Source: Eledone cirrhosa
Lineage: Eukaryota
Assembly: GCA_964016885.1 (NCBI GenBank)
Contig: OZ024740.1
Span: 343,108,001 to 343,172,000 of the forward strand
Length of the DNA stretch: 64,000 nt
Direction: 5' to 3'
Numbering within the stretch: position 1 is the stretch's first letter; each line of letters starts with the position of its first letter. Below are positions 43,479 through 58,138 of this stretch, in pieces. Below the pieces are notes generated by a model. The model was given only the letters and a program-made list of their open reading frames with translations, did no database searches and had not been told where the DNA came from. The position numbers were made by a program, and so were the translations under genes.

Positions 43479-43802
43479 GTGGTAGTATGAGAGCAATGAA
43501 GAGACACGAAGGCTTTCAGATTTGAGGAGAGAAAGGAAGGTGTGGGAATGTGAGAGGAAGGGAAGGGGGAATTTGCTAGAGACAATGTGCAAACGCACAA
43601 GCATACACTTATGCGTATGTATGTATGTAGGTATGTATGTATGTATGTAGGTATGTATGTGTATGTGTATATGTATGTATGTAGGAAGGTAGGTAGGGCT
43701 GAATATTCATCCCTACCTACCTTCCTACATACATACATACATTTATGCATATATACATACGTGTGTGTATGTATATATATATATATACACGCGCGCATAT
43801 AT

Positions 43803-43877
<75 letters not shown>

Positions 43878-44229
43878 CATATAGAGACGCACACACGCAC
43901 ACATACACACATATATGGAGAGAGCGAAATTATATAAAAACCATTGTTGTCCTGTGAAGTTTTATTTCTACCTTAAATTTGTCATACTCATCACGTAAGT
44001 CGATTTAAAGTTGTTTTACAATCAGTTTTTATTTGAATTCTTTATGTAAAGTTATTTGCAACCTAGACAATTTGTGAGTGAATAGCAGAAAACTTTCCGC
44101 CCTTCTTATTTTATATATTCCGAAAGATATCAAGTTTGACCACCAGTCTATGACCAGCCGTTTATGATAAAAGTAGCTTATTTGACTTTGTTGGGATATT
44201 TTCGCTAGAAATCTACACGTGTTGGGCCA

Positions 44230-45340
44230 CAATAACGTAATTTCTGTCTGTGAGCATTCCGATAGCTACAACTAAGATATGTAAAATCTATAAAATATGC
44301 ACAAATATTTGATCAAGTTGTAAAGGTTCTACAAGCTACAGGGTCGTCATCTCGTGAAAATTACAAGAAGAACGGTATTATAGCCTCCTTTCATGTCGTT
44401 GCACTCAACCATGCTCTTTCCAAAGGATAAACTCTCTTGAATGGATTAATCCTGAGAGCTGTCTTAAGATCACTAATTCATAAATATCTGATGCATTGCC
44501 GACAGAGCTATATGAGCAAACTAGGAAAGATCTTTCAGGCATATAATCGGTTAACAGTTACCCTCTCTATCTAAACTGATGATATTAAGGTGGGCTTTTG
44601 ATAACAACGTATAATTCAATGTAGGAATTTTTAAAGTACTTTTCTATCGGATATAATTCATTAGAATGTAGATACATATTGCCACACTAAATTTATATCT
44701 CAAAGATATATCTTAAGATCTGTCTGTGACTTGAGAATTGTAATAAACAATGACACATCGTTCCATGCACAAATTACAAATACAGTGAAAATGTGTAAAA
44801 TATTGTGAACAAAAGCTTAAATCTGCTTGCTTAGGAAAGACACTTGATTTTGCCATCCAGAGTATTGATCACAACCATAGTCGCTTAATAGTTCCAAGTT
44901 TGCTAATCCAAAAAGAACTATACAAGATTGCTTTGATGCGCCAGTTGAACTATTGGGAAAAGTTGAGAACTTAAAGACTATATTCCATATGAGGAAGAAT
45001 GGTGCGATAGGTTACAACTTATATCTGAAGTATCCCACAAGAACTAACGCTATCTTTTAGCACTGAAACTTACTCAAATCCCCTAACTAGTGCCACCGCA
45101 TAGTGCTAAAATGTTGTCATCTGCATTTCAGGAAAAGGGAAGATATTGAAACAGTCTGATTTTCAAAGGAACACAGTTATTCAATATCTTACCCCAAAGA
45201 ATATGTGCATAAAGAACGTGTGCGATGAAATCAACAGATTTAAGAAACAGCTGAACATTCTTGTGTTATTATATCCCAGATGAACCTCGTATATCGCAAC
45301 GTATGTAGATAGATCAACTTATCTCTGTACAAAGCTGCAT
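44230..45340 (+). mobile_element. Decayed CR1-group LINE (RT C-terminal half)
   Basis: SVCDLRIVINNDTSFHAQI, LNYWEKL..RLYSI, GTQLFNILP, NRFKKQL...PDEP. Confidence 0.75.
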
Positions 45341-45743
45341 TGCAAATCAATATATATATATATATGCTAAATGTCGATACACATATATATATATGAATGC
45401 AATATATTTATGTATATGCTATATATATATAATATATTAGTATAAACAAAGTGTATGAAACTTTGTGTATACTAAATAAGCTCTCTTGCAACAGATTGAG
45501 CACTGTTTTCCTTGATCTTTCATCTACGGGTTTCTACACGCACACACATATATATATACAGTCCAGAAAAGGAGGAAAAATGGACGAGTTAGCAAAGACA
45601 TGATTTTAAGGAGCAGCATTTCAGCTGTTCGAGGTAAAGTAAGAGAACCATTAGTAATAATGTTTTATAACTAACTTTAGTTTCTTTTTAAGTACATCAT
45701 GTATCCTACATGTACCCTACATGTACATACCTGTAACCTATAC

Positions 45744-45928
45744 CAGACCTGCCAACCTCTACGAACTCAAACGGCGAGTACTATGAAAAACGGGGGGAAA
45801 TGAAGTAAAATGTGGGAGATTGTACATAATGAAAGCTACACCTATGTTTTCTCAAGAGAGGACATCTCTCATCCATCCCAAAGGCTATTGCAAATCTCCC
45901 TGTCGGTCGGGGAGAGTACACAGGTCTG
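45744..45928 (+). mobile_element. MITE family H
   Basis: Perfect TSD CTATAC/CTATAC. Confidence 0.85.
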
Positions 45929-46122
45929 CTATACAGGTATGACCGAGTGGTTCAGAAATTCGTTTTGCAATCATGAGGATCCAGGTTAGATCCTACTACG
46001 TCACACATTGGTTAAACGTTTATACTATTGCATCAAGTCAGACTGAGCCAGTAAATGAAACTAGGTAAATGGGGATTATGTGGTAGCCTGTTAGATAGAT
46101 TGTATCTCTAATTTAAAGGTTC

Positions 46123-46316
46123 CAGACCCGTCAACTCCCTCCGTACGATGGGGAGATCTCCCACCCAATTTGGGGTGGATGAAACATATCTTCTCTTGTG
46201 GAAATAGCTATAGTTTTCATTATGTAAAATCTCCCCAGTTTGCCTCATTTCTTCTTGTTTTGGGGCACTTTTGTCATGCTACTCCCCGTTTGGGTTTTTA
46301 GAGGTTGGCAGATCTG
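46123..46316 (-). mobile_element. MITE family H
   Basis: TSD AGGTTC/AGATTC. Confidence 0.85.
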
Positions 46317-46531
46317 AGATTCACCTTTGTTACATATTGTGACTCACTGGTTCTGCCTGAAGATCATCTTAATGATACACCTGTCCTTGAAATTCTCAGT
46401 TATTTAAACGCTAATTTGACGTGTAGGACATTAAGTTGATTAAACAAATGAAATACTCATCGTCGAAACTGACGGACATACATTTACATTTTATTTTACT
46501 TTATGTGTGTATATGTATACATGGGTATCTC

Positions 46532-46563
<32 letters not shown>

Positions 46564-48639
46564 TGTATGTATGTATGTATGTATGTATGTATGTATGTAT
46601 GTATTTATGCATGCAATGCATGTATGCATATATGTATGTATATATGTATGTACGCACATATGTATGTACGTATATATATATAGATGCGTGAGAAGAAATA
46701 AAGATCTTTCGACGTATGTTGAGGCATGAGGCATAACATTCCCAGTGGAGATTAATCCATAATACATGAATACAAAACATACTTGGCAAGCTATGATTAA
46801 TTACTTCTGTGAGAAATCTATTGATTAAATACGCAAAAGACATCTGAAATAACAAACACAAACTTTTCATTTATTTTAAATTTATTCTTTTTTAAATTTT
46901 CATTTATTTAAGATATATTTTATTGTTTGTTTTTCAAAGTTTTATTGTTTTATTTGTTTTATTGCATTTTATATTTTATTTAAGTTTTGAATGAAGGAAA
47001 TATATCTAAAATTAATGTCAGGAACAGTATCAGTTGTAACGTAGGTGTAGTATAAATAATGACAGAGCGCCGGACTAGCAGTATTTCAGTGTTTAATTCC
47101 GTTTATGTCTGACCCCCCTTCCCACATACACACGCACACTCTCTGTCTCTCTCCCCCCTCTCTCTTCTATTTCGAATTTCTGAGTTTCTGAGGTAAAACT
47201 GCTGTTCGAAGTGTCTGGCTGATTCTGAGCTGAGGGAAGAAAACCTTCAGATACTCAATACCTTATCATATCGGGCCCTGGTGCTAGTGGAGCTGGGATC
47301 AGGGACGCCGTAGAAACACCAGCAGCAGATGTTGTTTTGTTTTTCTCTTTAAGGGCCTGAAGTTATCGACGCCTTTTGCGACTGCTTGTCGCCTTCATTT
47401 TTTCTCCAACTCTTCCTTTCCTTATGGACAGAATGACCCCAGTCGGCCTTTACTACTTTCCATCTAATAACTGCACCTTCTAGATCTTTCACCAAATGTC
47501 TAATGGACATCTTCCCTGTTATCTCAATGGAAGTATACTTCCAGTACATCTTTCTGTGGTCTTCGGGGATCATTAGAGTCTGTAGTAATGTGTCATAAAG
47601 TTGACGACAAACCTAGGGTCAACTTCAAATTAATATTGTTTTGTGTACCCTTTTTCCATGCACTGCGACACGAACCTGTGAAGAAGCTCGTGGCACGCCA
47701 CCGCTGCCTGTCTTCTCATTTCATCCTTAGTGATGTACAGTCCATACTCTGCTTCGACGTCCACAGTTAGCTCGGGGAGTTCTCTGAATTTAGATACAAC
47801 TAACAGAATGGCCCGGCGTTGCTCGGGATTCTAAACAGATTGGCATGTTTATCCCTCCTTTCTGAAACAGTACAGAGAAGTACGGAATACCTCGGCCTGG
47901 GGATGGTGTCGACATTTTGTGCTTATAAAATAAATTCGTCGTAGATTACCAGGGGTTTAACTTAATTGGGTGCCTGAGAGTAAAATGTTCAGCCCACGAA
48001 AACCAAGACGGTAGGGTTAAGTAAAAAGGCATTCGACAACCCGAACATGTATTTGTTGTGCTATGGTACAATGAAACCAATAGTTACAGAGCAGTAAGCA
48101 TGTACGACTGCAGTGGTGGAGAGTGGTGTGGTCTTACTTCTTTCAATGTTTCGTTGTATGTTCACCAATTGATGCAGAAGTCCTAATAAAAATTGAAGTC
48201 GCCTTGGGTGAATAGGCAAATAATTTTCCATTACGATTTTTCAAAAGCATGTAATTGCGTTCCCTCTCTTTTTTGTTGTTGTTTTTGCTGCTGTTGGTGT
48301 AATAGCAGCCGTTGGTCGTACTACTAACACAGTCTCGTCCTTCTTTAGCCAATCGTGTATATCCCCTTCTGCCTCGTCTACCTAAAAAATGATTGTAGCA
48401 CCTCTTTGTACACAATGTTAGATTAAAGTTTAAGCAAAGAATCGCTGCTTTCACCCTTAACAGGATCTTCTGAAATTAAAAAAATCAGTCTGTGAACGCA
48501 GAAGTAAATATTTCGAAAAACGTTGCAACCGAAGGAAAACAGGAAGACGATACTTTGGTTCATGAAGACGTTCCCTGGCAATGAACGGAAAATAGCGAAG
48601 ATAATACGTCATCAATGAGAACATTGTTTGTCATAATGT

Positions 48640-48876
48640 CGTAATGCAGACAGCCAGACATACAGACATATATTATAAGGGCGCGACGTTATAGCTGCCT
48701 AATGCGGTCCCTAGGGCATTGAAAATTTGAAATATTTTGCTCAAAACACTCACACGACCATAAGTATTACATGTGTAAAGTTTGAAAAAAATCGGTTGAG
48801 TGGTTCTTTAGTTTTAGGGAGTCAGACAGACAGACAGACAGACAGACAGACATTATCTGTTTTAGATGTATAGATA
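48640..48876 (-). mobile_element. Non-autonomous Helitron-like 5' end
   Basis: Minus strand A|TCTATACATCTAAA..(GTCT)n..AACCACTCAACCGATTTT..CAAACTT, resembling Lep1-type Helitron starts. Confidence 0.55.
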
Positions 48877-48959
48877 GTATCCGCATACCTGGTCCTGACC
48901 TACTTATCAGCCAGCGCTTCCCCCTTTATCCTGTTGGTCAAGCTGGACTTGCCAATTTT

Positions 48960-50170
48960 GTGGGTTTTCATGGCTTTAGGTAATCTTAGGCTGCAGATAA
49001 CTAAATGGTCATTAGTTGACAGCGTAGCCTCTCTCTTGTCACGAAATCCCAAAGAGAATCGAATAAATCAGAGAAAATAAAATAAATCATTGATTTCTGT
49101 CTTTGATTTCCCTTATACCATGTGTATTTATGAATGTCTTTGTACTGGAAGAGGTGTTCATAATAGAGAGCCAATTACTAGAATAGAGGTCTAATAAGGC
49201 CAATCCATTCGTATTTAGATCGGGATCACCGTTCCTGCCAATTACTCCTTTCCATGTCAGGTGATCAGTGTCAACATATTTATTGAAGTTTCCCATGAGG
49301 ATATATGACCCAGTCTTAACTACATCTAACGCTGAAGTGACTTTATCAAAGAAGGATCTGTAATGAGACTCTGTTTGGCGCATAAACGTGCACTACCCCC
49401 AGAGACCTATTTTTCAGTCTAAGCTTCAGGAGGCAAATCCCCCCTCTCAATAGGATCCATTCCATAACACATTCTGACAGCCAGGGATTTGTATCTCCAC
49501 ACCCACCTGTACAGTCATTTCTGACAACACACCTGAATAGAGGAGTTTCTTTCCTCCATTCAATTTGTTTGCTGAAACCCCGATTATATCCAACCGATAT
49601 GATCTGACCTCCTCCACTAGTTTCTGGTCCTTACCTGGAAGGGTTGTAACGTTCCAGTTGCCAAGTTTTTATGTCTACTCCCTTCTGGACGCTCTTTGTG
49701 GTCTCAGGATACGCAGCGTTTGTCCATCCATCCCACGCCTCACAGGACAGGTCGCATGCCAATCGCCAGTTCTTGCAGTGTTGGATGGAGAAAGCAATAT
49801 ATTTTTCGAATAGGCCCCTCTACCTAAAGACTGAAAGTGTCCCTTCTTGTCGCACAGGAAGAACGATGTGGTATGAATGCTTTTATTACATTTAATCAGA
49901 TTGCAGTATTTTGAGAGTCTTATGCACGCCACTCACCAATCTGGTACTTTTCTCAGGCCCGCGAAGACTAGGTGTTTTTTAGTGGCGGCCTTTACTTACT
50001 TTGTCGTAGCTGGGTTGTGAGAGTTTTCCTGGGAGCTAACAGTGACGTCCATTGCTCTGGCGCCCCTAGTAGTTTGCCGTTGCTGCTTATTCCGGCAGGA
50101 GCTCGCTTATATCGCAACTAACCATCGTATCTGGTGGCCGTATCGCTATCCTCCCCCTGCGACCAGTTTT
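48960..50170 (-). mobile_element. RTE (Expander/Rex3-like) LINE 5' part with APE endonuclease remnant
   Basis: GNWNVTTL.GK...LVEEV..YRLDIIGVS and ILMGNFN.YV....TWKGVIGRNG.PDLN.NG..LLD. The 5' boundary is approximate. Confidence 0.8.
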
Positions 50171-50797
50171 CTAGCAGAACAGCTCTGTCGAAATCAATCT
50201 GAATGTTAACCGTGCAAGGATATTTAAATGGGTAAAGAATATTTTGACGAAGCTAATTTTCCATTGAAACGTAATGGAGTGGATGTTAAAATATCCCGAA
50301 GCCCTTAGATGTTAAGATGACCCACCCAAAGATTCTAGTTTTGGTCAAGTAGTCCCAGAAGAAATCACCTCTTAATCGAAGCTCTGTGAACATGGACATC
50401 CACCCCAAACAACAGCAACACAACAGCCTTAACAACAACAAAAACAACAACACAGCAGCAAGAAGAAAAACCTAGTTACAGGCTGAATGACAAAACAGAT
50501 CAACTAATACATAATTTATGTCTTCCTTGTCTTAGTTATATACACAATATACTGAGACACACTAGCAGATCATATAGAACCAGCTTAAAACATAATGATA
50601 GATAACACAACAACTATGACTAATAATGCAAACAAATATAAAGGTAATATCCATCGTTTTAGGATGTAGGAGGAGTGTTGCACCGCAAGTTTCATGCCTT
50701 CATGATACGGAACACAAGCGATAGAAGGTCAATCTCATACAAAAAGGCTCACTTACTACTGCTTATGTTTAATAACATATAACAAACACTTCATGGA

Positions 50798-50969
50798 CAG
50801 ACCTGCCAACCTCTAAAAATCCAAATGGGGAGTATCATGAAAAAGAAGTGCCCCAAAACGGGGAGATTTTACATAATGAAAGCTATACCTATTTTCACAA
50901 GAGAAAATATCTCTCACCCACCCCAAATTAGGAGATCTCCCCGTCGGACGGGGGGAGTTGACAAGTCTG
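50798..50969 (+). mobile_element. MITE family H
   Basis: Perfect TSD CATGGA/CATGGA. Confidence 0.85.
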
Positions 50970-52670
50970 CATGGAGCAAAACATCCCGAAGTGTTACACT
51001 CATTCTACACAGCTATACAAAATCCAACATATACCTGTAATATACATGTGTCATTGGACTTGGAGAAGAGAGAATGAAAATATAAGACAAAAAGTTAACT
51101 CAAATACATTAACAAATGTAGGGAGATTTAGAATAAAGAAAAAAACATCCAAGATATAAATATAAAACAACCTTTATAAAGAATATACATTGAAAATAAA
51201 ACAAACGGACAGGCAACACATAAAAGAATATAATCTCCTACAAACCAATGAAACCAACACAATGGGATTTGTCATACAAAACAGGATCTATCGCACAAAA
51301 ATATAAAAGACCATAACATAAAGAACATAATGCAGTAGAAATGACTACAGAGCAGATCAGTCATGAAATCACAATGAAGATAAAATTACGAAACCAACCG
51401 CAAATGACAATAATAAGTCACGACACGGAAGCACAAACAGGACATAACATTTTAAAAATCTACAAAAGCCCCCGCAAAAGGAGGCTGAAAAATACCTGAA
51501 CCCTACAGCAACAACTATGTAAAGACACAACCCCAACAAAAATAGACTATGGCCAAACATATAATAATGAACAGAATTTAAACTCATATCACAACAGAAT
51601 AAACAGTCAACAACGAAGAAAATCATACAGAAACAACAAAGAATGTATGATTAACCATTAAAAAAAAATCAATAAACATAATCAATATTATATCTCTCGT
51701 AGCTCCAAATAAACAAACATATACAGGAAATACTAGCCATATACTGTACGGTCATACAGGAAATTTTCCCCCACAAAATCAAACACGAAAAACAATAGGT
51801 GGAACAACTAGATTTGCTTGGTGGTCATGGCAGTATTGAAGGATAAGCCAATACTCTCCCGAACCTATCATAAAACAGCAGAAAGAAAATATATTATTCA
51901 AAGTTGATAAAAAAGAGAAAATACTTGTCTTTATACAGGGAGATAGAAAGGGATTCCAAAAAAAAAAAAAGCACACAAAAAGAAAAACAAAACCGACGAA
52001 TCCAATCTTTAGTAAACTCAATCTTAAGAAAAGCGAAGAGATCCTGGAAGCGAAAAAAAACATCAAAACACCTGATTCTGGCAAAAACCTTCTGGTTAAG
52101 ACGCTTTGAAATACGCCAACGTTTCTTCAACCAGAATCATGTATTTGAAAAAAAAAAATACAAAAACATTCAACCAGGACATCAATAAAACAAAACATAG
52201 CATTGGAAGATACGTCAACTTCAAAAAGAAATCCAATTACATTGGAAGGATATATGAAACAAAAACAAAGCAATATGTTGAATACAATAACGATGTACTG
52301 TAGATTGAAAGAAAGAGGAGAAAAGTAGAACAATAGCATAGCGCAGGATTACTAGCAAGGAATTTACTAACAAAATCAAGATCGCTAGTAACCGGAAGGC
52401 TACAAGAGTGAAAGTACTCCCAACCTCCGGTCAATATACATTAGCAATAATCATGAAGCTGTAGCGATAGCAGTTAATGGTTTACTACAAAGATCAGAAT
52501 CAATACTCGATTGATTACTAGATAAAAAATAATCCTCCAACTCAAGGATATTAAAGACACCCAAAACGAACGAGCCCTAATTTCATCAACAATATATAAA
52601 ACATTGACATCTATAGTATTTAACAAGTTGGCTGCTTATATAGAAAATGAAAATATTTTACTAGAGGAGC

Positions 52671-52868
52671 CAGACCTGTCAACCTCTAAAAACTCAAACG
52701 GGGGAGTACCACGAAAAGAAAAGTGCCCCAAAACGGGGAGAAATGAGGCAAAATGGGGAGATTTTATATAATGAAAGCTATACCCATTTTCACAAGAGAA
52801 GACATCTCTCACCCATCCCAAAGAGGGTGGAAGATCTCCCCGTCCTACGGGGAGAGTTGACAGGTCTG
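52671..52868 (+). mobile_element. MITE family H
   Basis: Same TIRs; TSD ambiguous. Confidence 0.85.
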
Positions 52869-54316
52869 AGAGAAGCTGAAAGGACGCCGGAAAGTGGTCT
52901 ACAGATGTAACGAAAAGATATTGGTAAACCGAAGACAGCCAATGGAAAAAAATCTACCATTGACTGACGATCAAAAAGATTTTGACAGCATACCACACAA
53001 GTTTGCATTTTGAAAATATTGTACTTAAACACAGTATCCTCAAAACTAAGACATTATATCATCCACACGTTAAATTGGATAAATCAATGATTTCCTCTGG
53101 GCATCTCCAACTTCATTACAACAATTGGAGGAGTATATCAGCATTAGTTACAAATGTTATGGACAAATTATAAGCCATCTCTGTGTGGTTGATTTTAAAA
53201 TATTTACAGACAAACAACGCCCAGATGGATAATCAACTGGAAATATTTCAAAAGAGATACCAACATGAGTAAGAGCTGAGACAAATATCTCCAAAGCTAC
53301 TTTAAAATTATTTAGAACTGAAAACGTTAAATATGATTTAGACACTAGATCAGAACCACCCATAGAAGTATTTACAACTAGATGAAACTGATAAGATACA
53401 ACACAGAAATGAAAAGGAAATTAAAAGGAAAAAGATAACTACAAAAGCGTTAGATTAATATTAAATATTAACTTAATGTTAGAAATAAAATTCTGTCTTA
53501 CACCGCCCTAATGATAGTAATAATAATAAAAATAACAAAACAACAGCAATGATAGCGTCAAAAACAAAAACACCAACAGCAACGACAGTAAAAAGCCAAG
53601 ACGGTGAATTGGCAGTCATTAGAGCATAGGACGAAATGCATTGTGGGATTTGTTCTGATTGATTGAGAACCGAGTTCTTTTCATCCTTCCGGGTCAATAA
53701 AAAGAAAAGTATCAGTCGTGAGCAGTGGAATAACGGAATTGTTAGAGTGTCGGATGAGATGACTTGTAGTATTTGTTCGAGACATTGCGTTCTGATTTCT
53801 AAACCTGCTGTGGCCTATTTGCGTGGTAGACTTAAACCGTTGGCGGTTAAACACTTTTCCCGGCTCTTGGATATATTTAGTAAAGACGACCGCATTGCAA
53901 ACATTCGGACCAAGCCTCCAGTTTGAGGTTTTGAAGATATTATACCTTCTTCTCTTCCACCAGTTTCGAAGGCTCTGAAAAGGGGTCATGGACACAGCCT
54001 TCGCTCCCTGGCTAAATAGTAAAAAGAATGACAAATACCAACTAAAAAGTCAGCAGGGAAGAGCACCAGGATCCATATCTCCATTGAACAATCGTAACTA
54101 TTGTATAATATATCACATAAATCAATAAAACAAAAGATGCTTCGAAGATTTTAAGCCTTTCATTCAGGAAAAGCAGGTTTTTGAAACAAGTACAAAAAGT
54201 GTTATGGGGGACATAAAAGAAAAGTATAGCGTTAAATGAAACACAATCATGAACGTAAGTACTTGTGTACTAGGAGAAGTATGAAACAAAACGTTCAGCA
54301 CAATTAAACACACACA

Positions 54317-54983
54317 GGGCGGTGGATTGGCAATATCGGTAGAGCGTCGGACAATATACTTTGCGCCATAGAATTACGGCCCTTTACACTGTGAATTCAA
54401 ATCCTGCCGAGAATAGCTTTGCCTTTCATCATTACGGAGTCGATAAAATAAGGTACCAGTAATACACTAAGATAATTGCTGGCTTTGTGCCAAAAGTAGA
54501 AACAATTATTATTAGGGTAATGCGGTGGATTGGCAGTATCAGTAGAGCGTCTGAACCATGCTTTGCGGCATAGTGTTATGCCCCTTTATGTTCTGATTTC
54601 AAATCCCGCCAACGTTAGCTTTGTCGTTCATCCTTACAGGGTCGATAAAATAAAGTACCAGTAACGCACTGGAGTCGATTTAATCGACTTTCCCCCTCCC
54701 ATTCAAATTGTTGGCCTTGTGCCTAAAGTAGAAACAATTATTATTAGGGTCTTGCATGGCGGTGGATTAGCAGTATTGGTAGAGCGTCTGAACCATGCTT
54801 CGTGGCATAGTGTTATGCCCGTTTACGTTCTGAGTTCAAATTCCGCCGAGGTTAACTTTATCTTTCACCCTTACGGGGTTTATAAAATAAAACATCAGTA
54901 ACGCACTGGGGTCGATTTAATCGACTTTTACCTCCCTCCCCCCAAAATTATTGGCCTTGTGCCTAAATCAGAAACCATTATTA
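54317..54983 (+). mobile_element. Three tandem SINE A copies
   Basis: Each unit ends ..AGAAAC(A/C)ATTATT(ATT)AGGGT. Confidence 0.88.
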
Positions 54984-55089
54984 GGGTAGTACAAGAAGAA
55001 AAATTATCTCTGGCATTGAGCTTATTTTAAAACAGGAACACATGAGACGACCAGCTAAAATCTTATTATATAATACCGCTGTATAAGTA

Positions 55090-55345
55090 GTGGAGGTACG
55101 CGGCGTAGTGGTAAGGGTGATGGACTTACGATCATAATGTCACAGGTTTGATTTCTGGACTGGGTTGCGTGTTGTGTTCTTGAGCAAAACACTTCATTTC
55201 ACATTGTTCCAGTAAACTCAGCTGAAAATGAGTACCAGAAATAGTTGGGGGTTTAACCCTGCGATGGACTGGCGTCCTGTCCAGGGGAGAGTTTTGTACT
55301 CTCAGTCGCTTCACGCTACGAAACCGGGATAAACACCGGCCCAAC
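55090..55345 (+). mobile_element. SINE family B, full length
   Basis: tRNA-like head and the V-domain-like block GATGGACTGGCGTCCTGTCCAGGGG. Confidence 0.8.
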
Positions 55346-56207
55346 GAACTCAAGACAGATTTTTACTATAGCAGTACAAAATTATCTGGTAGAGAATTGA
55401 ATAAAAGAAAGCAATACAAAATGTTTTTTAATTAAAACAGAAAACTGCGAGGAATTTGGAGAAATGATAACTATTAAAAACCTGAAACCTAAACTGAAAA
55501 TAGAATTACAAAATGACATCTCAATTTTTCGATATCATTCCACCCGAAACCGTCATGATTTTAAGATACGTAACTATTTCTTATAAAATATTTATATTTA
55601 TCTAAAAAGCTTCTATCATAATTTTATGTAATTACATTTATTAAGATATGCTCTAAACTCCAGCTTAATTCTGAGAAGGTTAATTTTATTACTAAATCCC
55701 TCCAAAATCTATATTCTTTTCAAAATGATTTGAAAATCATAGGCAGTGGTTTCAATTAGAAATTTACTAACTTAAAGTTAAAACGGTGACAGGAAACGAA
55801 ATCTCTTTGAACAATTACACAAGACTTAACAAGGCAGGAATGAGGGATTTCTAGTTATGGCACAGCAAAATATGTAAGAGTTGTGAAGAAACAATCAATC
55901 GTATCAATTTATGCAGCAGCCCATTTTCAACCACACCCCTACCAGAAATGCTAGTAAAGGCACGAAGATATAGTGGAAATTATGTCAGTGCTAAGAAATA
56001 TCTAAAGAAAAGAGATGGTACAAATATATACCACAAAAAGTTTCTGAGAAAATGACCATACGTTGGAACATACCACTTCGTGCAAAGAAATTAAGGTGAA
56101 TCTACTTAGAAAATAAAATTTACACTCGACCCAAAAAGTAATGCGTGCTCATTCAGTTACTATTTGAATGTTTTAAGTACTATGCTACTTTAGATACCCA
56201 TTCTAAT

Positions 56208-57580
<1,373 letters not shown>

Positions 57581-57773
57581 AAATATTTGCTCTACGGTTC
57601 TTATATATTTGATATATATTTATCCTTATCGAGCCCTCTTTGGATTTCAGTCTTCAAATTTATTATTATTACTATATATATATAATGGAAAAATTTGAAC
57701 AGGAACAAAACAGAGAGGCAGTACAACGAATGTTTATTAATTTCACGCTCTGGAGAGTAGGGTGGTGGTGGGG

Positions 57774-57808
57774 AACGACGTTTCGGGCATAAGCCCTTCC
57801 TTAGGTGA
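57774..57808 (-). ncRNA. Minimal HHR of the Neptune element (core mutated)
   Basis: Minus strand AC-CTAAGGA-AGGGC(TTAT)GCCC-GAAAC-GTC-GT; core G5 is changed to A. Confidence 0.65.
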
Positions 57809-58105
57809 GAAGTGTGTGGGAACAGAGTTCAAAGGGTGTGTAGGGGAGTGGTGGAGAGACATATAGCGAAAGGAAACGGTGCGAATGAAATTAAAAATAA
57901 AAATAAAAATAAAGCATGATCAAAATAAAAGGAATGAAATAAAAATAAATATAAAAGCATGATCAAAATAAACTGAAATTAAAAAGGGGTAAAACAGGTG
58001 GTGGAAGGGTATGGGGTGTGTAGGGGTGGTGGCGGGTGGAGTGGGGAGAGGGAGACGGGTGTCCGAGCGGGGAGGGCTGAAGGTGGTGTGTGTGTGTAGG
58101 TGTAC

Positions 58106-58138
<33 letters not shown>

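Larger units (their letters stand above)
51900..56130 (+). mobile_element. Highly decayed R4/Dong-like LINE interrupted by a MITE and SINEs
   Basis: Remnants in roughly the expected order: KAKRSWK....TFWLRRF (about 52030), KDFDSIPH (about 52980), ISHLCVVDFKIF (about 53170), NEGFLVMAQQ (about 55840), RWYKYIP...TIRWNIP (about 56015). Confidence 0.55.

Noticed and set aside
54317-54983. CRISPR-like or satellite array
   Set aside because: Units are about 200-bp SINEs with no unique spacers, in a eukaryotic context.
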